Assembly (NCBI GenBank): GCA_041320535.1
Contig: JBGLNH010000001.1
Coordinates: forward strand, 1,210,490 to 1,274,489
Reading direction: 5' to 3'
DNA length: 64,000 bases
From: Candidatus Aminicenantes bacterium
GTDB lineage: Bacteria > Acidobacteriota > Aminicenantia > Aminicenantales > Saccharicenantaceae
Shown here: positions 48,955 through 58,466 of the stretch, piece after piece
How positions within the stretch are numbered: position 1 is the first letter of the stretch
How the letters are laid out: every line of letters starts with the position of its first letter
Notes under the pieces: model-generated
Seen by the model: only the letters and a program-made list of their open reading frames with translations
Database searches by the model: none
What the model was told of the DNA's origin: nothing
Made by a program: the position numbers and the translations under genes

Positions 48955-51219
48955 ATGTCGAGCCACAGGATACGTTTCGAGACCGCCGCCCGCGCCGTCG
49001 CCTCGATCGCGCCGATCGCCGTCGCCCTCGCCCTGGCCGCGTCTCCCGCCGCCGGGCGGCAGGGCGCAAGTCGGCCGTCAACCGAGCTGCGGGCCGTCCG
49101 GACCGCGGAGGCGCCGCGGATCGACGGCCGTCTCGACGATCCAGCCTGGGCGGAGGCGCCGGCCGTCGACGGGTTCCGCATGGTCGAGCCGCGGCCCGGG
49201 GACGAGCCGAGCGAGCGGACCGAGGCCCGGGTCCTGTACGACGACCACAACCTCTACATCGGCGTCCTGTGCTTCGACAGCGAGCCCGGACGCATCTCGG
49301 CCCATTCCATGGCCCACGACAACGGCGGCAGCGGCGGGGGGTACGGGGGCGGCTACGGCTACCACAGGCCGACGGCCGCGAGCGACGACCTCGTCCGCGT
49401 CCTGCTCGACCCCTTCCAGGACAGGCGCACGGCCTACCTCTTCTTCGTCAATCCCCGCGGCGCCCGGGGCGAGGGCCTGATCTACGCCGGGAGCTCCAGC
49501 CTCAACTGGGACGGGATCTGGGAGGCCAAGAGCCGGCGGCTCGACAACGGCTGGGCGGCCGAGATCCGCATCCCCTTCAAGACGATCTCCTTCCGGCCGG
49601 GCCTGTCCGTGTGGGGGGTCAACATCGAGCGGACCGTGGCCCGGAAGCAGGAGACGATGAGGCTCTCGGGCACGACGCGCGACAGCAACTTCAACAATCC
49701 CAACGAGGCCGCGGCCCTGACGGGGATAGAGGGCATCAAGCAGGGCCTGGGCGTCACTTTCCGCCCCTACGGCCTGGCCGATGCCGCCAAGATGCCCGGC
49801 TCATCGGCCGAGGGCGGCCTCGACGGCGGGTTCGACCTCTACAAGAGCTTCACGCCCAGCCTGGTGGGAGTGGCCAGCTACCGGATGGATTTCGCCGAGA
49901 CCGAGGTCGACGAGCGGCGCATCAACCTGACCCGCTTCCCGCTCTTCTTCCCGGAGAAGCGGATGTTCTTCCTCGAAGGCTCCGAGGTCTTCAGCTTCAG
50001 CTCGAGCGTCAGCTTCACGCCCTTCTTCAGCCGCCGGATCGGACTGTACCAGGGGCTCCAGGTCCCGGTCACGTTCGGGGCCAAGCTCTACGGCAAGATC
50101 GGCGCCACCAACCTGGCCGTCCTCGACGTCCAGACGGGCGCGTTCGAGGATTCCCTCGGCAACCCGGTCGCCGGCCAGAACCTCCTGGCGGCGCGGGTGA
50201 CCCGGAACATCTTCGACCAGAGCAAGGTAGGCTTGATCTTCACCAACGGCAGCCCGACGGGCGAACGGAACTCCCTGGCCGGCTTCGACTTCAACTACTC
50301 GTCGTCCAAGTTCCTCGGCGACAAGAACATCATGCTGGCCGCCTGGGGGGTCTACAACTGGAACGAACGGGAGGAGGGGAGGCACGAGGGGTTCGGCTTC
50401 CGGGCCGACTATCCCAACGACCTCTGGAACGTCCAGACGGTCTATGCCTACTACGGCGACGCGCTCGCTCCCGGGCTGGGCTTCCTGATGCGTCCGGCGA
50501 TCCAGACGGCCTTCGCCCGGGTCGCCTTCCAGCCCCGGCCCCGGGGGGGATGGCTCGGGCGGGCCGTCCGGCAGCTCTACTTCGACGCCAGCGCCGACTA
50601 TTATTGGGACCTCGCGGGGACCCTCGAGACGCGCCGGCTCAACGCATCGCCGTTCGGCTTCCGGACCCAGGGCGGCGAGACCCTCAGCTTCAGCGTCAAC
50701 TCCACCCGCGACGTCCTGCCCTTCGACTTCGAGGTCGCGGAGGGCGTCGTCATCCCGGCCGGGCCGTACGATTTCGTCAATTGCCGGCTCAACGTCGGGA
50801 CGGCCGGCCACCGCCCCGTCGTTTTCGACGCGGGCTACAATTTCGGCCGGTTCTATTCAGGGCGCTACGACGACGTCAACCTGGGCCTGGCGCTGAAATT
50901 CAAGGGTTACGCCAGCCTGGCCTTCGACGCCAACCTCGTCCGGGGGCGGCTGCCCGAGGGGCGGTTCAGCCAGAACGTCTACCAGCTCAAGGCCGATATC
51001 TACCTGTCGCCCGACCTCGGGCTGATGAACTATGTCCAGTACGACGACATTTCGAACACCGTGGGCTGGAACGCCCGGCTGCGCTGGCAGATCCGGCCCG
51101 GCAACGAGATCTACCTCGTCTACAACAAGAACTGGGAGCGGGTCTGGGACCCCATGAGCCGGTTCGTCTCGCTCGGCGAGCGCGGCGTCGTCAAGATCAC
51201 CCTCTCCATCCGGCCCTAG
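48955..51219 (+). CDS. large secreted protein, CBM9-like N-terminal domain plus DUF5916-like beta-rich body
   Basis: 754 aa. Signal peptide, then ..APRIDGRLDDPAWAEAPAVDGFRMV..YDDHNLYIGV.., followed by a long beta-strand-rich region. Confidence 0.7.
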   Translation: MSSHRIRFETAARAVASIAPIAVALALAASPAAGRQGASRPSTELRAVRTAEAPRIDGRLDDPAWAEAPAVDGFRMVEPRPGDEPSERTEARVLYDDHNLYIGVLCFDSEPGRISAHSMAHDNGGSGGGYGGGYGYHRPTAASDDLVRVLLDPFQDRRTAYLFFVNPRGARGEGLIYAGSSSLNWDGIWEAKSRRLDNGWAAEIRIPFKTISFRPGLSVWGVNIERTVARKQETMRLSGTTRDSNFNNPNEAAALTGIEGIKQGLGVTFRPYGLADAAKMPGSSAEGGLDGGFDLYKSFTPSLVGVASYRMDFAETEVDERRINLTRFPLFFPEKRMFFLEGSEVFSFSSSVSFTPFFSRRIGLYQGLQVPVTFGAKLYGKIGATNLAVLDVQTGAFEDSLGNPVAGQNLLAARVTRNIFDQSKVGLIFTNGSPTGERNSLAGFDFNYSSSKFLGDKNIMLAAWGVYNWNEREEGRHEGFGFRADYPNDLWNVQTVYAYYGDALAPGLGFLMRPAIQTAFARVAFQPRPRGGWLGRAVRQLYFDASADYYWDLAGTLETRRLNASPFGFRTQGGETLSFSVNSTRDVLPFDFEVAEGVVIPAGPYDFVNCRLNVGTAGHRPVVFDAGYNFGRFYSGRYDDVNLGLALKFKGYASLAFDANLVRGRLPEGRFSQNVYQLKADIYLSPDLGLMNYVQYDDISNTVGWNARLRWQIRPGNEIYLVYNKNWERVWDPMSRFVSLGERGVVKITLSIRP

Positions 51220-51232
51220 CGGGGCCGATAAA

Positions 51233-51251
51233 GAGGGGGCCAGACCCCCTC
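51233..51251 (+). terminator. hairpin after the DUF5916-like gene (7-bp GC stem), no U-tract
   Basis: GAGGGGG-ccaga-CCCCCTC, 14 nt after the stop. Confidence 0.3.
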
Positions 51252-51365
51252 CGGATCGCTCCCGGCCGTCATCAGGTGTAAAATATGTTGGCATGGTGCG
51301 GATCCGTTCGCCTCGAGGCGACAGGGCCAACAGGGTAGGGCCGGGAGGAAACGCCTAGAGTAGCT

Positions 51366-51381
51366 TGGCATGTTCCTTGCA
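51366..51381 (+). promoter_or_regulatory. sigma54 (-24/-12) promoter
   Basis: TGGCATGTTCCTTGCA against the consensus TGGCACG-N4-TTGCW, with exact GG-N10-GC spacing. Lies 110 nt upstream of the kinase ATG. A perfect palindrome CGCCTCGAGGCG sits at 51309-51320. Confidence 0.6.
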
Positions 51382-51491
51382 AGGTAACTTTATTAAAGTC
51401 ACATGCGTATTAATGGGTGAGGGGCGGGCTTATTAACCGGAGGATATGAGGAGAGCGCGAGCCGAAAGCGAGCTCGAACGAGAGACCGACC

Positions 51492-54401
51492 ATGGCCACC
51501 CTATGCCCGACCTGCAGAACCGAGAATCCTGATACGTCGAACTACTGCGGCAACTGCGCCACGACCCTGCGCAAGGCCGAGAAGGGGACCGACGCTCCGA
51601 AAAAGAACGATCCGGACACACGGACCTACGAGTCCCGCAGCTGGGACCTCGATACGGGCATGGTGTTCGGCGGCCGCTACCACATCATCGAGCACCTCGG
51701 GAAGGGCGGCATGGGCCGCGTTTACCGGGCCATCGACACCAAGACCCGCGAAGAAGTGGCCATCAAGCTCATCCGTCCCGACATCGCGGAGGACCGCAAG
51801 ACGCTCGACCGCTTCGTCAACGAGATCAAGCTGGCCCACAGGATCTCCCACCGCAACATCGGCAGGATGTACCATCTCGGCGAGGACATGGGCCTCCACT
51901 ACATCACCATGGAGTACGTCTCCGGCGAGGACCTGAAGAGCTTCATCCGCCGGTCGCGGCGGCTCGACGTGGCCACCACCGTGGCCATCGCCCGCCAGGT
52001 CTGCGGCGGCCTGAGCGAGGCCCACGGGGCCGGGATCGTCCACCGCGACCTCAAGCCCAGCAACATCATGATCGACAAGGAGGGCAACGCCAAGATCCTC
52101 GACTTCGGCATCGCCCGGGCCGTCGGCACCCAGGGCGTCACCGCCGAGGGCAGCGTCATCGGCACCCCCGAGTACATGTCGCCCGAGCAGGTCGAGGGCA
52201 AAGAATCGGACAAGCGGACCGACATCTACTCCTTCGGCGTCATCCTCTTCGAGATGGTCACCGGGCGGCTGCCCTTCGCGGCCGACACCCCCTTCGCCGT
52301 CGCTTTCAAGCAGCAGTCCGAGCGTCCGCCCCAGCCCGAGGACCTCAATCCCCAGGTCCCTCCCCAGCTGAGCGCCATCATCCTGCGCTGCCTGGAGAAG
52401 GACAGCGCCAAGCGATACCAGACGACCGAGGACCTCTGCCGCGATCTCGGCCTGGTCGAGGAGGCCATCCAGGCCGCCCCCACGCCGGCCCCCTGGTTCC
52501 GGCCGACCACGCGCAAAACGGCCCTCAAGGCGCTCGTGCCGGCCTTCCCCTGGCGGAAGGCCGTCATCCCCCTGGCGGCGTTCCTCGGCATCATGGCCCT
52601 GGGCATCGCGGTCAAGGAAGTCCTCCCCAAGGCCAAGGCGGCGTCGCACACCGTCGCCGTGGCCGGCTTCGAGAACCTGACCGGGGAAGCTTCCTACGAA
52701 TACCTCAAGAAGGCCATCCCCAACCTCCTCATCACGAGCCTCGAGCAGTCGAAGTACCTGGAGGTCATCTCCTGGGAGCGGCTGAACGACCTGGCCGGCC
52801 CTGGCGCCAGCGACGTCGTCACGCCCGAGGAGCGCGAGCGCTGGTTCGAGATCTGCCGCCGCGAGGGCGTCGAGGCCATCGTCCTCGGCAGCTTCACCAA
52901 GGCCGACAACCTCTTCGCCACGGACGCCAAGATCTACGACGTCCGGACGAAGAACCTCATCAGGAGCACGGGCTCGCGCGGGGAAGGGGTCGGCAGCATC
53001 CTCAGGACCCAGATCGACGAGCTGAGCCGCGAGATCTCGCGGGGCGTCGGCCTGTCGGAGCGGGCCGCGTCCCGGGGCTCCAAGCCCATCTCCGAGGTCA
53101 CGACGGCCTCCATGGAGGCCTACGAGCTGTTCCTCAAGGGCCAGGAGGATTTCGACCGCTTCTACTTCGCGGACGCCCGCGGCTACTTCGAGAAGGCCGT
53201 CGAGAAGGACCCGCAGTTCGCCCTGGCCTTCTTCTACCTGACCCGCGTCTACAACCATCTGGCCGACGCGCCCAAGGCGGCCGAGGCCATGGACATGTTC
53301 AAGAAGCTCGGGGCCGCCCCCGGCAAGGGCCACGACGCCCTCTACGTCAAGGCCCTGTCGGCGCTCCTCCAGAAGGACGTCGAGGGGTACGAGAAGGGCC
53401 TCCAGGCCGTCATCAAGGAATACCCCGACGACAAGAGGGCCCACACCGAGCTCGCCTGGCACTACAAGAACCAGAAGAGATACCCCGAGGCCGTGGCCGA
53501 GTTCGACAAGGCCCTGGCCATCGACCCGAACTTCGGCTACGCGCTGAACTACCTGGCCTACACCTACGCCGAGACGGACCAGATCGAGAAGGCCATCCAG
53601 ACGTTCGACCGCTACGCGGCCTCCCATCCGGGCGACGCCAATCCGCTCGACTCCATGGGCGACCTCCATTTCCTGACCGGCAAGTTCGACCTGGCCCGGG
53701 CCAAGTACCAACAGGCCCTGGCCGTCAAGCCCGGCTTCCCCTCGACCTGGAAGCTGGCCTATCTCTACGCCATGGACGGGGATTACGACGCGGCCCTGCG
53801 CTGGGTCGACTACATCATCGCCCACGCTCCGAACGACGGCCTGAGGGCCGACGGGCACCAGTGGAAAGGCTTCTATTACTCCCTCATGGGGCGGCTCAAA
53901 GAGGCCCTGAGCGAGCTCGAGACGGCCGAACATCTGGCCCAGACCTCGGGCAACGACCGCCTGGCCGACGTCATCCTGAGGGACGCCCTCTGGATCTCCC
54001 ACGACTGGGGCCGCCTCGACCTCTTCAAGAGCTTCATCGACCGGCGGCTGGCCCACATGTCCGCGACGAAGTCCTCGACGCCCGTCCTCAACCAGATCTA
54101 CGGGCTCTTCTACCTGGGCCTGTTCGACATCAACCACGACGAGGCCGCCGCGCTCGGGCTCGGCCCGATCTACGCCATCGTCCGGACGATCGCCCGCGTC
54201 TCCCGGCTCCGCTTCTTCTCGACGGAGGTGGCCCGGGACGCCGCGGGGCGGCTGGTCGTCGTCGATTACGTCAACGAGATCTGCGACATGAGGCTCCAGT
54301 CCGCCCACCCGGACGGCGTCCCCGACGCCGTGGTGGCCCGCATCGCCGGCCGCGTCGCCGCGCACGCCGCGGCGGCGGCGGAGCGGGGGAGCCCCGCGTG
54401 A
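51492..54401 (+). CDS. Ser/Thr protein kinase with N-terminal zinc ribbon, TM helix and periplasmic TPR region; the last ~85 codons look foreign (ATP-grasp-like tail)
   Basis: CPTCRTENPDTSNYCGNC. Hanks motifs GKGGMGRVY, HRDLKPSN, DFGIA and GTPEYMSPE. One TM helix and TPR-like repeats. The tail reads ..RLRFFSTEVARDAAGRLVVVDYVNEICDMRLQS.. Confidence 0.8.
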   Translation: MATLCPTCRTENPDTSNYCGNCATTLRKAEKGTDAPKKNDPDTRTYESRSWDLDTGMVFGGRYHIIEHLGKGGMGRVYRAIDTKTREEVAIKLIRPDIAEDRKTLDRFVNEIKLAHRISHRNIGRMYHLGEDMGLHYITMEYVSGEDLKSFIRRSRRLDVATTVAIARQVCGGLSEAHGAGIVHRDLKPSNIMIDKEGNAKILDFGIARAVGTQGVTAEGSVIGTPEYMSPEQVEGKESDKRTDIYSFGVILFEMVTGRLPFAADTPFAVAFKQQSERPPQPEDLNPQVPPQLSAIILRCLEKDSAKRYQTTEDLCRDLGLVEEAIQAAPTPAPWFRPTTRKTALKALVPAFPWRKAVIPLAAFLGIMALGIAVKEVLPKAKAASHTVAVAGFENLTGEASYEYLKKAIPNLLITSLEQSKYLEVISWERLNDLAGPGASDVVTPEERERWFEICRREGVEAIVLGSFTKADNLFATDAKIYDVRTKNLIRSTGSRGEGVGSILRTQIDELSREISRGVGLSERAASRGSKPISEVTTASMEAYELFLKGQEDFDRFYFADARGYFEKAVEKDPQFALAFFYLTRVYNHLADAPKAAEAMDMFKKLGAAPGKGHDALYVKALSALLQKDVEGYEKGLQAVIKEYPDDKRAHTELAWHYKNQKRYPEAVAEFDKALAIDPNFGYALNYLAYTYAETDQIEKAIQTFDRYAASHPGDANPLDSMGDLHFLTGKFDLARAKYQQALAVKPGFPSTWKLAYLYAMDGDYDAALRWVDYIIAHAPNDGLRADGHQWKGFYYSLMGRLKEALSELETAEHLAQTSGNDRLADVILRDALWISHDWGRLDLFKSFIDRRLAHMSATKSSTPVLNQIYGLFYLGLFDINHDEAAALGLGPIYAIVRTIARVSRLRFFSTEVARDAAGRLVVVDYVNEICDMRLQSAHPDGVPDAVVARIAGRVAAHAAAAAERGSPA

Positions 54402-54420
54402 GCGTGGAAGGGAGGGCGCG

Positions 54421-54795
54421 ATGAAAGCGAGAGGTCTCATCCTGGCCGTCCTTCTGGCGGCCGTCGCCGTCTACTTCATCTTCTTCACCAAGGCCGCCGA
54501 CGACAAGAGCGGGATCGAGATCATGGTCGACAAGTACGCCGGGGCCAAGATCGACCTGACGGCGGCCAATCTCGAGGCCCTGGCGCGGGAAGTGCTGACC
54601 TTCGCCGCCCAGGCCGAGGGGCTGCCCGAGAAGCTCGAGGAGCTCCGGCGCACCCACCCGACGGCCGGCTCCCTGCCCGACGCCTGGGGGCGGCGGGTCC
54701 GCTACGAGCGGCTCTCGGAGAATTCCTTCCGGCTGACGTCGGCAGGGCCCGACGGGGCCTTCGGCACGGGGGACGACATAGCCAAGGAGTTCTGA
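54421..54795 (+). CDS. small membrane-anchored protein with a GspG-like (type II secretion pseudopilin) C-terminal fold; no prepilin cleavage motif
   Basis: N-terminal TM helix, then ..DAWGRRVRYERLSENSFRLTSAGPDGAFGTGDDI.., typical of the T2SS protein G C-terminal domain. Confidence 0.55.
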   Translation: MKARGLILAVLLAAVAVYFIFFTKAADDKSGIEIMVDKYAGAKIDLTAANLEALAREVLTFAAQAEGLPEKLEELRRTHPTAGSLPDAWGRRVRYERLSENSFRLTSAGPDGAFGTGDDIAKEF

Positions 54796-54801
54796 CCGGC
54801 C

Positions 54802-55176
54802 TCAGGCGCCGCGTCGTCGCGTCGCCTTGGCCTTGAGCCGGGCCCAGAAGGGCCGTTTCGGGGGGGCCTCCTCGATCTCGAGCTTGCCGACCGATTTGCG
54901 GAAGGGGGCCTTGGGCGGGAAGTAGGGGGCGTGGCGCAGCAGGGAGAGGTCGTATTCGCGCCTCTTCTCAGGGTCGCGGAGCGTCTGGAAGGCCTCCTGG
55001 ACGCGCTCGAGGACCGCGGCGCGCTCGGCCTCGGAGACCAGCCCGTAGAGCGCCGGCGAGCCGTCGCGGTAGGTCGTCAGCGCGGCCTGGTAGGCGCCCC
55101 AGATCTCGTCCGGGGAGGCGGTCCGCTCGACCGACAGGAGATCGTAGTAGTTCCAGTCCTCGATCCTCTTCAGCAT
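54802..55176 (-). CDS. J-domain-like protein lacking the HPD motif
   Basis: ATG at 55176 in the frame of ORF 54802..56121. Reads NYYDLLSVERTASPDEIWGAYQAALTTYRDGSP..FQTLRDPEKRREYD. YRD occupies the place of HPD. Confidence 0.55.
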   Translation of the reverse strand: MLKRIEDWNYYDLLSVERTASPDEIWGAYQAALTTYRDGSPALYGLVSEAERAAVLERVQEAFQTLRDPEKRREYDLSLLRHAPYFPPKAPFRKSVGKLEIEEAPPKRPFWARLKAKATRRRGA

Positions 55177-56114
55177 CAGGCGTCCGGCAGCCGGACCTCG
55201 GGGGGAGTCCGCAGGGTGAATTCGATCGAGTAGGCCAGCTCCTCGGACATCTGACGGATGGCCCGGGCCGCGGCCGAGTCCGGGTGGTCGGGGTAGAAGG
55301 GCCGCAGGCCGCGCAGCGAGTCCTGGACGGCCTCGTCGTAGGGCACGGCGCCGAGGTACTTCATGTCGATGAGCAGGTACTTGCGGGCGACGTCGGCGAC
55401 GGACCGGCCCAGCAGGACGTCGCGCTCGTCGCGCGTCTTGTTCATGACGAGGCAGGGGCGGAAGCCGCGCAGGGCCCGGTAGAGGATGGTCCCGTAGGTC
55501 CGGTCGCTCTCCATGAGGGACTTGAAGAAGCCGTAGAGCGACTGGGAGTTCTTCTCGATCTGGTCGAGCATCTTCTGGTGGAGGTCGCGGATCTTGTAGT
55601 GGTCCATGTAGAGCTTGAGGACGCGCATGATGCAGGATTTCAGGAACAGGTAGGTGTTCTCGATGGCCGTCGGCTCCGGCGTGGCCACGACGACGCCGGG
55701 ATTGGCGCTGAGGAAGAAGTCGAGCGTGTTGAAGGAGCTGCCCGTGCCCAGGTCGAGGATGACGTTCGAGGTCTCCAGCTGGCGGAGCTGGCGGAGGAGC
55801 CGCAGCTTCTTGTAATGATTGAGGTTGGCGATGAACAGGATGTTCTCCGAGCCCCGGACGAGGCGCAGGTTGCGGTAGGGCGTCTCGACGGCCGCCTCCT
55901 CCAGCGTGGGGACGCGGTTGGTCAGGAAATCGCCGAGGTCCGGGTGGGCGGCCCTGAGCCCCAGGAGGGTGTGGAGGTTGGGCGCGCCGAGGTCGGCGTC
56001 GACGAGGACGACCTCGCGGTCGAGCGAGGCCAGATGGAGGCCGAGCGAGGCCGCGACGAACGACTTGCCCGTGCCGCCCTTGCCGCCGCCGATAGCCCAG
56101 ATCCTCTTGTCCAT
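55176..56114 (-). CDS. MinD/ParA-superfamily P-loop ATPase (FlhG/MinD-like)
   Basis: Deviant Walker A GGGKGGTGKS and Walker B-like VILDLG. Its stop overlaps the J-like gene start (ATGA at 55175-55178). Confidence 0.8.
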   Translation of the reverse strand: MDKRIWAIGGGKGGTGKSFVAASLGLHLASLDREVVLVDADLGAPNLHTLLGLRAAHPDLGDFLTNRVPTLEEAAVETPYRNLRLVRGSENILFIANLNHYKKLRLLRQLRQLETSNVILDLGTGSSFNTLDFFLSANPGVVVATPEPTAIENTYLFLKSCIMRVLKLYMDHYKIRDLHQKMLDQIEKNSQSLYGFFKSLMESDRTYGTILYRALRGFRPCLVMNKTRDERDVLLGRSVADVARKYLLIDMKYLGAVPYDEAVQDSLRGLRPFYPDHPDSAAARAIRQMSEELAYSIEFTLRTPPEVRLPDA

Positions 56115-56224
56115 TGTTCAACCTTGGCGCCGAAGGATAAATCTAGCACAGACTCGCGGCGAATACAAACGCGCGACCGTCCCCGCGGGGGGGGTCCCTT
56201 TCGATCGGGGAACAGGCCGGCCCG

Positions 56225-57922
56225 TCAGATGGTTGGGGCCTCCGCGCCTTCCGCCGCCGCGCCCTTCTTCTTGCTCCAGGCCTTGCGGATGAGCAGGCAC
56301 ACGAACAGGACGAGAGCGGCGATCAGGACCCGGGCGCCCCAGAGGTAGGGCTTGTTGACCGGCTCCTCGTCCTTCATCAGGAACTTCCCGACGGCGTCCT
56401 GGACGGTCCAAATGACGAGGAGGATGAGCAGGTAGACCGGCGTGACGTAGGTCATGATGACCTTGAAGATCTTCGGCACCTTGAGGTCGGCGCCCTTGTG
56501 CATCTCCTGCCATCCCTTCTTGAGCCCGAAGACCCAGGAGAAGAGGACGATCTCGATGGCCGCGAAGACGACCAGGCCGAACGTGCCGGCCCAGAAGTCG
56601 AGCTCGTCGAGGAAGCCGAACCGGAAGAAGGAGATGACCATCGCGGTGCAGGCGATGAGCACGCCGAAGACGGCGATGACCGCCTTCTTCCTCTTCCACT
56701 TGAACTCGTCCTCGAGGAAGGCGATGGCCGGCTGGGTCATGGCCACCGACGAGGTGATGCCGGCGATGAAGAGCAGGAAGAAGAACATGCCGCCGAAGAT
56801 CTGGCCGAGCGGGATCTTCTGGAAGATGACGGGCAGGGCCTGGAAACCGAGGTTGAAAGACCCGCCCTGGGCGATGGCTTGGGTCTCGGCCGCGCCGAAG
56901 AAGATGACCGCGGCCGGGATGGCGATCGTGCCGCCCAGAATGATCTCGGCGAACTCGTTGGTCGACGCGGTCGACAGGCCGTTCAGGGTGATGTCCTGCT
57001 TCTCCCGGACGTAGGAGGCGTAGGTGTTGATGATGCCCTGGCCGAGGCTCAGGGTGAAGAAGATCTGGCCGGCGGCGGCCAGCCAGACCGTGGCCGACCC
57101 CAGGCGGCCGAAGTCGGGGTTCCAGATGAAGCCCAATCCGGTCGAGATGTTGAGCTCCGGCACGGACGGGTCGGGGGTCCCCAAGGTCAGCACGCGGACG
57201 ACCAGGACGATGCCGAAGACGAAGAGCAGCGGCATGCCGTACTTGGCCAGGACCTCGATGCCCTTGGAGATGCCCTTGTAGAGGAAGAAGAAATTGAGGG
57301 CGATGGTGATGGACCAGAAAATGAGGATGGGGCCCATGGAGCTGAAGAACTCGTTCGATTCGAGGCCCTGGAAGCCGTGCAGGAAACGGCCCATGGCCTC
57401 GCGGTTGGCGTGGCCGAAGTACTTGCCCGTGATCGAGAACCAGGAGAAACCGAGGCACCACGACTCGATGAAGTTGTAATAGATGACGATGACGAAGGGG
57501 ATGACGATGCCGAGCGCCCCGAGGTACTTCGACGGCGCCTTCTTCCACAGCAGGTTGAGCATGCCCGGCGTCGTGCCGTGGCCGCGGGCCCCGCCCATGC
57601 GGCCGATCGTCCACTCGACCCACATCATCGGGATGCCGAGGAGGAGGAAGGCGACGAAGTAGGGGATCATGAAGGCGCCGCCGCCGTTCGACGACGCTTG
57701 GACCGGGAAACGGAGGAAGTTGCCCAGGCCGATGGCGTTGCCGGCCACGGCCAGGATCAGGCCGATGCGCGAGCCCCACTGCTCGCGGCCGCCGGCCTCG
57801 ACGACCATCTCGGGCTTCTTGGCGAAAAGGACCCGGGAGAAGCAGTAGATGGTCAGGGTCAGGATGAATCCCCAGCCGAAGACGAGGAAGAACCAGCCCT
57901 GGGTGGTGATGCCTTGCGTCAT
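56225..57922 (-). CDS. sodium-dependent transporter, neurotransmitter:sodium symporter (SNF) family
   Basis: 565 aa, ..WGSRIGLILAVAGNAIGLGNFLRFP.., about 12 TM helices. Confidence 0.9.
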   Translation of the reverse strand: MTQGITTQGWFFLVFGWGFILTLTIYCFSRVLFAKKPEMVVEAGGREQWGSRIGLILAVAGNAIGLGNFLRFPVQASSNGGGAFMIPYFVAFLLLGIPMMWVEWTIGRMGGARGHGTTPGMLNLLWKKAPSKYLGALGIVIPFVIVIYYNFIESWCLGFSWFSITGKYFGHANREAMGRFLHGFQGLESNEFFSSMGPILIFWSITIALNFFFLYKGISKGIEVLAKYGMPLLFVFGIVLVVRVLTLGTPDPSVPELNISTGLGFIWNPDFGRLGSATVWLAAAGQIFFTLSLGQGIINTYASYVREKQDITLNGLSTASTNEFAEIILGGTIAIPAAVIFFGAAETQAIAQGGSFNLGFQALPVIFQKIPLGQIFGGMFFFLLFIAGITSSVAMTQPAIAFLEDEFKWKRKKAVIAVFGVLIACTAMVISFFRFGFLDELDFWAGTFGLVVFAAIEIVLFSWVFGLKKGWQEMHKGADLKVPKIFKVIMTYVTPVYLLILLVIWTVQDAVGKFLMKDEEPVNKPYLWGARVLIAALVLFVCLLIRKAWSKKKGAAAEGAEAPTI

Positions 57923-57995
57923 GGGACCTCCTCGGGAATGGCGGAATGACTAGATACCATAGCCGCCCCCCCCTGTCAAAAGAAATCCACCGGCC

Positions 57996-58024
57996 TTGCG
58001 TTCTACGGGGGATTATGCTATCCT
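57996..58024 (+). promoter_or_regulatory. sigma70-type promoter candidate, TTGCGT-17 nt-TATCCT
   Basis: Hexamers at 57996-58001 and 58019-58024, upstream of rpoZ. Confidence 0.35.
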
Positions 58025-58067
58025 AACGCGTCATCGCCTTCCAACTCACCCTAGGAGCCACACGACT

Positions 58068-58448
58068 TTGGACGCATTCGGGAATATCGACAGCAAGTAC
58101 CGTTTCATCATCCTGGCCTCCAAGCGGGCCAAGCAGCTGCTCAGGGGCGCCAAGCCCAAGATCCAGGGCAAGTCCAAGAGCCTCATCCGCATCGCCCAGG
58201 CCGAGGTCCGCTCGGGTCTCATCGAGTACGAGATCATCCCGGCCAGGATGGACGACATCCCCGAGCGCGAGGAACGCGTCCTCCTGGGCGGCGGCCTCGG
58301 CGACGAGCCCGGGGAATCCGACGGGCCCGTCGGCAAGGACCTCGTCGAGGGCGACGCGGACGTCGTGGTCGAGGACGAGAGCGAAGAGGACGAGGCCGGC
58401 GAGGAAGAGGCCGAGGACGACCTCGCCAAGGACGACAAGGACGAGTGA
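58068..58448 (+). CDS. rpoZ: RNA polymerase omega subunit with a long acidic C-terminal tail
   Basis: TTG at 58068 (AGGAG lies 10 nt upstream) in the frame of ORF 57996..58448. Has ..NIDSKYRFIILASKRAKQLL..IAQAEVRSGLIEYE.., then about 60 Asp/Glu-rich residues. Confidence 0.75.
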   Translation: MDAFGNIDSKYRFIILASKRAKQLLRGAKPKIQGKSKSLIRIAQAEVRSGLIEYEIIPARMDDIPEREERVLLGGGLGDEPGESDGPVGKDLVEGDADVVVEDESEEDEAGEEEAEDDLAKDDKDE

Positions 58449-58466
58449 GGCCGGGCCGGCCTCGGC

